Part shown: positions 1 to 7,027 of the stretch, one piece after another
Layout: the number at the start of each line of letters is the position of its first letter
Numbering within the stretch: position 1 is the first letter of the stretch
Assembly: GCA_964644485.1 (NCBI GenBank)
Contig: CAZXVR010000002.1
Coordinates: 1-24,000 of the forward strand
Reading direction: 5' to 3'
Length of the DNA: 24,000 bases
From: an uncultured Candidatus Poseidoniales archaeon
GTDB taxonomy: Archaea; Thermoplasmatota; Poseidoniia; Poseidoniales; Thalassarchaeaceae
Made by a program: the position numbers and the translations under genes
Notes under the pieces: generated by a model
The model's database searches: none
What the model was told of the DNA's origin: nothing
What the model saw: only the letters and a program-made list of their open reading frames with translations

Positions 1-1
1 A

Positions 2-550
2 GCATTGGCCGTTCAACTGATTGTCAACAAAGAGAGTGGTTGGACCAAGACCGAAAATCCACTCCAGGGTTCATTCATCGTCGACGAATTGACCGATCTT
101 GTCGAAGAAGCGGTCCTCGCCGAATTTGAGCGCATTGCTGAGCGTGGTGGTGTGCTGGGCGCAATGGAGACCATGTATCAGCGTGGCAAAATCCAAGATG
201 AATCACTCTACTATGAAGAGCAGAAACATTCGGGTGAGTTGCCCATCACCGGTGTCAACTTCTTTGAGAACCCCAATGCGGCAGCGTTTGATGAATCGAG
301 TGCCGATGACTTTGACATGGAATTGGCCCGTGCAACACCTGAGGAAAAGCAGGGTTGTTTGTCTCGCCTAGCACAATTCCACAAAACCCACTCCAAGGAA
401 GCACCGGAGGCACTTTCGCGTCTACAAGAGGTTGCACGCACAGGCGGTAACGTCTTCGCCGAGCTGATGAATACAGTGAAGGTGGCAAGCCTCGGTCAAA
501 TCACAGACGCACTCTTCGAAGTGGGTGGACAATATCGTCGAAATATGTAA
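2..550 (+). CDS. Acyl-CoA mutase (methylmalonyl-CoA mutase family) catalytic subunit, C-terminal ~180 aa; the 5' end lies left of the window
   Basis: The frame is open to the window edge. The tail ...NPLQGSFIVDELTDLVEEAVLAEFERIAERGGVLGAMETMYQRGKIQDES...ITGVNFF... matches the conserved end of the substrate-binding barrel of B12-dependent acyl-CoA mutases. The ORF stops (TAA 548-550) without a B12-binding domain, so it is the split-subunit type. The substrate (methylmalonyl vs isobutyryl/ethylmalonyl) cannot be resolved by eye. Confidence 0.8.
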   Translation, partial: ALAVQLIVNKESGWTKTENPLQGSFIVDELTDLVEEAVLAEFERIAERGGVLGAMETMYQRGKIQDESLYYEEQKHSGELPITGVNFFENPNAAAFDESSADDFDMELARATPEEKQGCLSRLAQFHKTHSKEAPEALSRLQEVARTGGNVFAELMNTVKVASLGQITDALFEVGGQYRRNM

Positions 551-562
551 TGGATATCGCGC

Positions 563-1231
563 TTAATCGGCCTCTTCACTAGGTATCATCTTGTCCCACA
601 GTAGGACACCGAGCAAGGCACCCATGATTGGACCTACAGTGTAGATGATGAGATCGATATTGTTCTCCATGTCGCCAAAGACCCAAACGCCAGCCCAGCG
701 AGCAGGATTCATTGCCGCACCAGTGAGTGGGCCACCCATCAGGATGTCCGCCATGACCGTGAGGCCGATTCCAAAGCCCGCGATGCCTGCTGGGGCTCTG
801 CCATCGACCGCGGTGCCCATGATGGCGCTCATCAATAGGAAGGTCAGGACGGCCTCAATCAGAATGGCCTGCTGAGTGCTGACCTCGATAATTGTGTCAC
901 CTGGGGCCGGTGTACCCACACCTCCTGCACCGATTGAATAGAGAATACCGCCCGCAAGGAAGGCACCTGCCAATTGGGCTGCGATGTACTTCGCACCGAG
1001 TTTGGAATCAATGCGCTTGGTTGCCATGAATCCAATTGTCACAGCTGGATTGACGTGACCACCTGAGATGTTCATTGTCGCTGTGACCATCACTGCAAGG
1101 ATGATTCCGTGCGCTACGGCCACCGTTAACAGATCACCACCGGAGACCCAAATGGCACCTGCACCGATGAACGTCAAGGCGAACGTGGCGATTCCTTCAG
1201 CATACAACTTGGCTTCTGTTTCTTTGCACAT
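563..1231 (-). CDS. MIP-family channel (aquaporin/aquaglyceroporin)
   Basis: 222-aa hydrophobic ORF with both signature loops intact: ...SGGHVNPAVTIG... and ...GAAMNPARW.... ATG start at 1231-1229. Confidence 0.93.
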   Translation of the reverse strand: MCKETEAKLYAEGIATFALTFIGAGAIWVSGGDLLTVAVAHGIILAVMVTATMNISGGHVNPAVTIGFMATKRIDSKLGAKYIAAQLAGAFLAGGILYSIGAGGVGTPAPGDTIIEVSTQQAILIEAVLTFLLMSAIMGTAVDGRAPAGIAGFGIGLTVMADILMGGPLTGAAMNPARWAGVWVFGDMENNIDLIIYTVGPIMGALLGVLLWDKMIPSEEAD

Positions 1232-1239
1232 ATGATCAC

Positions 1240-1259
1240 TCTGAATCCTTAGATTCAGA
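1240..1259 (-). promoter_or_regulatory. Perfect inverted repeat TCTGAATC-ctta-GATTCAGA, 8 nt upstream of the aquaporin ATG (operator or 5'-leader hairpin)
   Basis: The 8-bp arms are perfectly complementary (1240-1247 / 1252-1259). No T-tract follows on the transcribed strand, so it is not terminator-like. Function is inferred only. Confidence 0.3.
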
Positions 1260-1327
1260 CCGGGGGCATTGAAGTTCGTCTATGAACAATGCGCATCAAG
1301 AATGCTGGGTCCTACGAATAATCAGGA

Positions 1328-2416
1328 TTAAAATCCAGCCGAGAGGACGGCGATACAACCGAAGAAACCGATGATGGGATACGATGCAAGCGCAACCGAC
1401 GCACCAATGCCCATCGCTTTCCCGCCACTGGCTGCAAATCCATAGATGATTAGTGCAATCGATATGAGTGGGGCGCCCATGCACATAATCCATGCAATAC
1501 CGAGTAACACATCAACCGTATTCTGGGCATCATTTAGATCGTCGAATTCCTGCTTGTCAATCGTTTCAACATCAATGCCTACTGAAAGGCCATGATCTTC
1601 ACCGCTATCAAAACGGAATACGCCTTCCTCTTGTGACCATTGGCCGACTTCTTGGTCAACCCAAACTACGATATCCACATCGACTCCATGATCATCTCCA
1701 TCATCAAAATGAATCACACCTGACGTCGAATTCCAGTGGCCAACTTGTTCCATATTCTCATCGCCATCCGTCCAAGTTACCCTGATGATGGTGAATTGTT
1801 CCGATGAGGTCGACTCATCGTAGTCACAATAATACCATCCATCGGATTCTCTATCCCAAATATCACAACCTTCGAACTTTTGTCCGGATTCCAGTGAAAA
1901 ATTGGCGTAATAGGATGTATCGTTTCCTCGAATCAGATCAATCTGGTATTGCGAATTTTTGTGTATATGCATCTCGGTGTTGTCGTCATGGTGGCAAGAG
2001 TACCAAACGTTCTCGTTGTTCGAATCCTCATGAATATTACACCACTCTATATTACTATCAGAATCGAGGGTGTAACTAGCTGCATATTCAGTACCATTGA
2101 CCAATTCCAAATCGATTTGTTCCCATTCGTAAGCATCGTCCCAAGGGTTCATGCTTTCCGCAATCATTGCGAGTATGATGGGGACAATCATCAGGAAAAG
2201 AGGGATTCCAAGGCCGATGAAGAACTTCTTCCAAACGAACGGTTCCTTCATCACAGCGTAGGTTTGGCCATCGGGGCCGGTGATGAAATCGTAATTTCCC
2301 GTTCCATCCGGGACGGCTGCTGATGCTTCGGAGCCGGACAGCATGGTGGGAGTGCCTGTCAAGCTCGGGGTTTCAACGGAAAGGACGGGGGTGTCCGGTT
2401 CGTACTCATCACTCAT
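1328..2416 (-). CDS. Hypothetical acidic, Cys/Trp/His-rich membrane protein with internal repeats
   Basis: The first ATG is at 2416 (the track start at 2422 is TTG). One TM segment (FFIGLGIPLFLMIVPIILAMIA) is followed by a very acidic domain carrying two pairs of repeats: EWCNIHED..VWYSCHHDD / EGCDIWDRE..WYYCDYDE, and GHWNSTSGVIHFDDGDDHGVDVDI / GQWSQEEGVFRFDSGEDHGLSVGI. Then come ~3 C-terminal TM segments. It overlaps the upstream radical SAM stop by 8 nt. I recognised no family. Confidence 0.6.
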   Translation of the reverse strand: MSDEYEPDTPVLSVETPSLTGTPTMLSGSEASAAVPDGTGNYDFITGPDGQTYAVMKEPFVWKKFFIGLGIPLFLMIVPIILAMIAESMNPWDDAYEWEQIDLELVNGTEYAASYTLDSDSNIEWCNIHEDSNNENVWYSCHHDDNTEMHIHKNSQYQIDLIRGNDTSYYANFSLESGQKFEGCDIWDRESDGWYYCDYDESTSSEQFTIIRVTWTDGDENMEQVGHWNSTSGVIHFDDGDDHGVDVDIVVWVDQEVGQWSQEEGVFRFDSGEDHGLSVGIDVETIDKQEFDDLNDAQNTVDVLLGIAWIMCMGAPLISIALIIYGFAASGGKAMGIGASVALASYPIIGFFGCIAVLSAGF

Positions 2417-3911
2417 CGGCAACCTCTCCCTGAGCCATCGGTAGGCTCCCCAGTAAATCGCGTTTCTCTTTCGGTGTTAATAGGGCCATGCCTGCAAGAG
2501 CGAGTTCGCGGCGAATCGGTTCGAGAACTGTTTCCTCCAACTCACCGCGATAGAACATGTTGTATGTGTCAAATGGGATGAGGCGCAAATCAGGACTGAC
2601 AATGTGTACACAGGTTTTCTTGACGCTGCGTAAATCGAAGGAATGAGCATCGATGAAATCCATGATGATGATTCGGAAGACATTGTCGTAGGAGAATTCC
2701 GTCGGCATCTCTAGTTCGGGCAAACAGCACAGCAATTGGGCCAAAGAATGGCCAGCTGAATCGGGACTGTGTGCGGTGGAAAGTAAACTCAAAATCTTGG
2801 CTTTCAGCTCCTGATCTTTCTCAAACTGAATGGTCGAGCGCGGACCGGCAAGAAGGGTTTCATCGTCGATGTGACGCGTGAGAGGGACGGTGGTTCCACC
2901 CACTCGAAGTGCATAGGCCATCGCGATTGAATCTGGATGACAGGGGACCGGTAGCATGTCTTCGATTTCAAACGTCGAGGATTGCTCGCCAATCATTCTC
3001 CTGACTTCGGAAAGTGTGAGACGATCTTTGGCGACATCGTAATCATCGTGTCTGCCCGCTTCCTGAATCGGCTGAAATGTGACACCGCGAACACAATTCC
3101 AAGAGAGAGCATGTTCGATAATCTCGCCAATTTCATGGTCATTCAAGCCCTTTTGCAGAGTCACTACGAGTGTGGTTGAGACATTGTGTGCCTCGAGATT
3201 CTCCAGAGCTTTTCTCCGAATCTCTCGCAGGTCTGCCCCGCGCAAACGCATTAGTGGCTCACGCTCTAAACTGTCAAACTGAAGATACAATTCGAAGCCT
3301 GGTTTGTATTCGGCCAATCTCGCAGCGAAGTCTGGTTCATTGGCGATTCGAATTCCGTTTGTATTGACCATCAAATGCTGAACTGGGCGTTCTCGAACCG
3401 CATCTAGGATTTCAAAGAAATTCGGATGGAGTGTTGGTTCCCCTCCTGATATCTGAATCACATCGGGTTCCAGTTCGTTCTCAACCACAGCGTCCAGCAT
3501 CTGAATGATATGTTCCAATGAGCGATAGTCTTCCTTGCGCTCTGGTCCACTATCCGCATAACAGATTGGGCACTTGAGGTTACAATGATCGGTTACTTCA
3601 ATCAGGGTCAAGCAAGAGTGTTGCTCGTGGGATGGACAAAGGCCGCAATCATATGGACAACCATACTTCATCGGTGTGTTCCAGCGTTCTGGCATCTCAC
3701 TGGGTTTGACGTAGACCTCACGGCATCGTCGGTAATATTCCGCATCGTCGGAAAGCAGAACTTTCTCTCGCTTTGCACAGGAATAACAGAGTTTGTCCAT
3801 GTAGACATTGTTTTCCTGAATGATGATTTTACCTTCAGCACGGCGCAGGCAGGCAGAGCAGACGCTTGTGGCAGAATCGTAGAACAAGTAGTCCCGGACC
3901 TTCCCGCTCAT
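2409..3911 (-). CDS. Radical SAM enzyme with an N-terminal Cys4 module and an additional Fe-S cluster motif; architecture resembles the class-D radical SAM / tetraether lipid synthase (Tes, GDGT-MAS) family
   Basis: The canonical CX3CX2C motif is present (C110-N-L-K-C114-P-I-C117-Y). Directly upstream lies GC85PYDC89GLC92PSHEQHSC100. The N-terminus carries C18SAC21...C42YSC45 (zinc-ribbon/rubredoxin-like). Length is 500 aa. The radical SAM call is firm; the Tes-like subfamily rests on remembered architecture only. Confidence 0.85.
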   Translation of the reverse strand: MSGKVRDYLFYDSATSVCSACLRRAEGKIIIQENNVYMDKLCYSCAKREKVLLSDDAEYYRRCREVYVKPSEMPERWNTPMKYGCPYDCGLCPSHEQHSCLTLIEVTDHCNLKCPICYADSGPERKEDYRSLEHIIQMLDAVVENELEPDVIQISGGEPTLHPNFFEILDAVRERPVQHLMVNTNGIRIANEPDFAARLAEYKPGFELYLQFDSLEREPLMRLRGADLREIRRKALENLEAHNVSTTLVVTLQKGLNDHEIGEIIEHALSWNCVRGVTFQPIQEAGRHDDYDVAKDRLTLSEVRRMIGEQSSTFEIEDMLPVPCHPDSIAMAYALRVGGTTVPLTRHIDDETLLAGPRSTIQFEKDQELKAKILSLLSTAHSPDSAGHSLAQLLCCLPELEMPTEFSYDNVFRIIIMDFIDAHSFDLRSVKKTCVHIVSPDLRLIPFDTYNMFYRGELEETVLEPIRRELALAGMALLTPKEKRDLLGSLPMAQGEVADE

Positions 3912-4648
3912 ACATTTGGGTGAAGGTCATCTTCTATTGAACGTTCACCCGGCTTACCGTAGGTAAAGAACCACAGCAATCCAAGAACGCAGGCCCATTG
4001 AATCGGAGTCAATCCCAGCCATTCTACCGTAGTGGTATCTTTGATCGCATCAACGATGATTCGCCAAATCAGATACAGAACCATGAACGTCTGGAAGCGT
4101 TGACCAACAATCGGCGTCTCCCATTTCTCTAGGAAGGCCCAGATAGCTCCAAGGGCAATGATACCATACAATTGGGTTGGGTGACGAGGACCGTCACCAA
4201 AATCAACACCCCATGGTAAATCGGTGTGGTAACCATAGGTTGCATCGGGTAAGCCTGTCAAGAAGCAACCGATTCGTCCAATGGCCATTGAAATGATGAG
4301 CGGTGTAACGTAAACATCGCCGGTGCGAACGGTAATCCCCATCATCTTCTTCGCCAACTCGATTCCAATCGTCCCACCCAGCAAACCACCGACAATGGTT
4401 TTTCCACCAAGGAAGAGGATGGGTATGTCGGAACCAATCTGGTCAGAGTGTTCGATTAACGCCAGTAACCGAGCACCAAAGAGAGCACCCACCAAAGCCG
4501 CGAGAATCAGCCAGGCCCGATTCTCACTGCCCACTGTGTCGCCGTGAATCTGCCTTTCTCGCATGAGAAAAGCGAATCCTGCGATATATCCTAGAATCTC
4601 AAAGACGAGATGGGCAGGAATACCGAATATGTCGACCGGGAACTCCAT
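3908..4648 (-). CDS. Lgt-family (prolipoprotein diacylglyceryl transferase-like) integral membrane transferase, divergent
   Basis: 246-aa polytopic ORF with Lgt-like blocks: ...GGKTIVGGLLGG..., ...GRIGCFLTG...YG..TDLPWGVDF....RHPTQLYG.... Several signature residues are substituted (see findings). Its TGA overlaps the radical SAM ATG (ATGA, 3908-3911). Confidence 0.7.
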   Translation of the reverse strand: MEFPVDIFGIPAHLVFEILGYIAGFAFLMRERQIHGDTVGSENRAWLILAALVGALFGARLLALIEHSDQIGSDIPILFLGGKTIVGGLLGGTIGIELAKKMMGITVRTGDVYVTPLIISMAIGRIGCFLTGLPDATYGYHTDLPWGVDFGDGPRHPTQLYGIIALGAIWAFLEKWETPIVGQRFQTFMVLYLIWRIIVDAIKDTTTVEWLGLTPIQWACVLGLLWFFTYGKPGERSIEDDLHPNV

Positions 4649-4690
4649 GGGTCTTCGTAAGACATACGGCCCTTAACGCTGAGGAACTTG

Positions 4691-4734
4691 AAACAAAAAA
4701 AAAGGACGAGTCGGGGGCACCGAAGCGCCCCCGA
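4691..4734 (-). terminator. Intrinsic-type terminator downstream of the 4775-5455 gene
   Basis: The minus-strand RNA reads UCGGGGGCGC-UUCG-GUGCCCCCGA, a 10-bp stem (one G-U pair) capped by a UUCG tetraloop (4711-4734). After 7 nt comes U9-G-U3 (plus-strand A-run 4695-4703). It lies 41 nt after the stop codon at 4775-4777. Confidence 0.8.
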
Positions 4735-4774
4735 ATCGCCCGTGTGTCATCTTGAGGGTTTGCCGTTTTACGGC

Positions 4775-5455
4775 TCACTCTTCTTCGAATATCTGATCGC
4801 TTAGCATCAATGCTGCTGCAGCACCGATACCACCGACAATCAATGTGCCGAAGACTGCGACAAAGTTGTCTGTGTCTCCGATTTGGCCGTCGACGATGGT
4901 TGCACCGAGGCTGCTAGCCGAAGCTAGAGTTACACCTGCGACGAGGAGGACAGATGCAAACGCACCCGCTTCCCATCCACCACCAAGGCGATCCCAGACG
5001 GTCATCATCAAGAAACCGCCTAGCAAAGCAGTTGCTGCACCGGTTGCATCCAATGCTGCTGCTGCTTCGAAAACAGTTTCACCTTGCCAAGCCAGTACAC
5101 CTGCACCAATCAGACCACCGAGGATCTGCATGCAAAAGTTCAGTGCACCAGTCTGCCAATCCGTTCGTCCGGCTGCCATGTTACCGATTGTGATAATCGG
5201 CAAAATTTCAGATCCCTTAAACGTCATCCACATGATTGCAAGAGTGACACCAGCTGCGCCAGCCATTACTGCACTGTCATGGGGTGCTGCATTTTCAGAT
5301 ATAGTTCCCCAAACAAGTAGCGTAATCGCCATACTGCCGATGGCCTCTGCGACCATTCCCTTATCGTTCATTTCCATTTTTTCATCCTGCTCGCTGCGTG
5401 TCGAGCGATTCCGCCTTTTTCGGTCAGTATTTAAAGAGGCAGGATTGAGATTCAT
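4775..5455 (-). CDS. MIP/aquaporin-like membrane protein lacking both NPA motifs
   Basis: It aligns by eye to the aquaporin at 563-1231: FKGSEILPIITIGNMAAGRTDWQTGALNFCMQILGGLIGAGVL vs ISGGHVNPAVTIGFMATKRIDSKLGAKYIAAQLAGAFLAGGIL. NPA-1 is LPI here, and no NPA is present in the second half. The start is uncertain: ATG 5455, or ATG 5377 (MEMNDKG..., preceded by AGGAT). Confidence 0.6.
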   Translation of the reverse strand: MNLNPASLNTDRKRRNRSTRSEQDEKMEMNDKGMVAEAIGSMAITLLVWGTISENAAPHDSAVMAGAAGVTLAIMWMTFKGSEILPIITIGNMAAGRTDWQTGALNFCMQILGGLIGAGVLAWQGETVFEAAAALDATGAATALLGGFLMMTVWDRLGGGWEAGAFASVLLVAGVTLASASSLGATIVDGQIGDTDNFVAVFGTLIVGGIGAAAALMLSDQIFEEE

Positions 5456-5545
5456 CAAATACGACTGTTTATTGGCCTTTTTCGAAGACCCAGAGGTCCG
5501 ATAATTCAGTGTGGTAAATGCGGGATATAGCTCGCAGTGTAACGT

Positions 5546-6355
5546 TTACCTTTGACATTGAGTGCAATAGAAGGTCGAACGACCCGATTGAATCATTCTT
5601 TTGATGATTATTGGGCACTCGACGGAGGTGCAAACTTCGCCCTCTCGATCGTAGACAGCAAATTCATGCGGAAAATAACCTAATTTACCATCGATTTGCT
5701 TGAATTGGCCGTCTTTGAGAGTGGATCCCCCTGCGTTAATTGCAGTCTGTAGAACATTTTGTGCTTCCTCATAAATTCGAGTCGTCATCTTTTGAGACAC
5801 ATTCTTCGCCAACCGTTTCGGAGAGACGCCTGCTCTAAACAGAATTTCACTCGCGTAGATGTTCCCTATTCCTACGACAATCTTCTGATCCAACAACGCG
5901 GTTTTGATGGACACATTTCGTCCCCTAAGTGATTTGTGCAATAATTCACCACTCCACTCAGAGCCGAGAGGTTCAGGCCCTAGGTGACTGAGCAATTTGT
6001 GTTCATTGTCCCCATGTATGATATCCATAATGCCAAAGCGACGGGGGTCGGTGTAAACCAACCTCGTGCCATCTACGAAGTCAATGACGACGTGATCGTG
6101 CTTTCCCTCTAGCACACGGCCGAAACGGCCAGTCATCCCCAAATGAGCAAGCCAAGTCAAGTCACCTTCCAACCGAATCAGCAGATATTTTGCACGGCGA
6201 TCGATGTCGATAATTTTCCGACCCGCAATCGAATCCATATCATCTGGGAAGGGGAATCGCAAATCTGGACGGTTCAATTCTACCGCGAGAATTTCTTTAC
6301 CCACCAACCCCAATAGACCCCGTCTTACCGTTTCGACTTCGGGGAGTTCGGGCAT
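5546..6355 (-). CDS. mutM: Formamidopyrimidine-DNA glycosylase (Fpg/MutM, Fpg/Nei family)
   Basis: The diagnostic N-terminus MPELPEVETVRRGL is present (catalytic Pro2/Glu3). The C-terminal zinc finger reads CTSVEC-x16-CTQCQR, and RRAKYLL is also present. The ATG overlaps the flpA stop (TAATG at 6353-6357). Confidence 0.92.
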   Translation of the reverse strand: MPELPEVETVRRGLLGLVGKEILAVELNRPDLRFPFPDDMDSIAGRKIIDIDRRAKYLLIRLEGDLTWLAHLGMTGRFGRVLEGKHDHVVIDFVDGTRLVYTDPRRFGIMDIIHGDNEHKLLSHLGPEPLGSEWSGELLHKSLRGRNVSIKTALLDQKIVVGIGNIYASEILFRAGVSPKRLAKNVSQKMTTRIYEEAQNVLQTAINAGGSTLKDGQFKQIDGKLGYFPHEFAVYDREGEVCTSVECPIIIKRMIQSGRSTFYCTQCQR

Positions 6356-7023
6356 TATTTCACCACATGAAATAGGATATGTTGCTCTTCCCAGCCGGCC
6401 AAATCAATCTTCTCAACCAATGTAAATCCAGCTTCCAATAGCGATTTCTCAGCGTGATTAAATGCGCTTTCAGTGTTACGCTCACTCGCGGATTTAAGGG
6501 ACAATAATCCCGTCCCATTCGACTCTAGAAACCGATTGCATGCTTCGATGAACATCTCAACTTGTCCAGATTGAGAAACGTCTTGAAATAGCCATGGAAC
6601 CTTGCGAGAAAGAAAGGGATTAACCTCCTGGATTTGGCGACAATCTGCCAACACGGGGATGATGCCAGGACGAGCCTTAGACAATCGAATCATATCCCGC
6701 ATACATCTAGAAGAAATGTCAACAGCAATGATGGCACCATTGAGGTGGTTCTTCGCCCCGCAAACGTGGTCATGCAAGTGGCTGATGGTCGTACCATGTC
6801 CTGAACCGAGATACAAACAGGTCGTACCGTGTTCGGGCAGGAGGCCTGATTGTGACGCTTTGAGTAGCGCTGCTCCTAATTTTGATGCTCTAGGATTCCA
6901 TTGTCTCCATTCATTTCGACCGTCCCTCTTCAACCGCTCTCCGCGTAAACTGACACCTTTGACCGCATTGCGAGACCACAGGCTTCGCCCACGAATTTCG
7001 ACCTTGTTTGAGAATGATTTCAT
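6355..7023 (-). CDS. flpA: Fibrillarin-like rRNA/tRNA 2'-O-methyltransferase
   Basis: The SAM-MTase core ...CLYLGSGHGTTISHLHD...IIAVDISSRCMRDM...IIPVLADCRQ... is typical of archaeal fibrillarin. I chose ATG 7023 (MKSFSNKVEIRG...), 4 nt after the nop5 stop. The longer track ORF to 7125 would overlap nop5 by about 100 nt. Confidence 0.92.
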   Translation of the reverse strand: MKSFSNKVEIRGRSLWSRNAVKGVSLRGERLKRDGRNEWRQWNPRASKLGAALLKASQSGLLPEHGTTCLYLGSGHGTTISHLHDHVCGAKNHLNGAIIAVDISSRCMRDMIRLSKARPGIIPVLADCRQIQEVNPFLSRKVPWLFQDVSQSGQVEMFIEACNRFLESNGTGLLSLKSASERNTESAFNHAEKSLLEAGFTLVEKIDLAGWEEQHILFHVVK

Positions 7024-7027
7024 CGGA

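Noticed and set aside
2-550. Acyl-CoA mutase supplying methylmalonyl-CoA extender units to the megasynthase
   Set aside because: The AT domain carries the HAFH motif associated with malonyl-CoA, not the YASH motif of methylmalonyl-specific ATs. The genes are also 13 kb apart, on opposite strands, with unrelated genes in between.
4845-5504. 219-aa plus-strand ORF overlapping the NPA-less MIP paralogue
   Set aside because: It translates to low-complexity P/A/R/S-rich sequence. The minus-strand frame has coherent TM helices and similarity to the neighbouring aquaporin, and it is followed by a strand-specific terminator.
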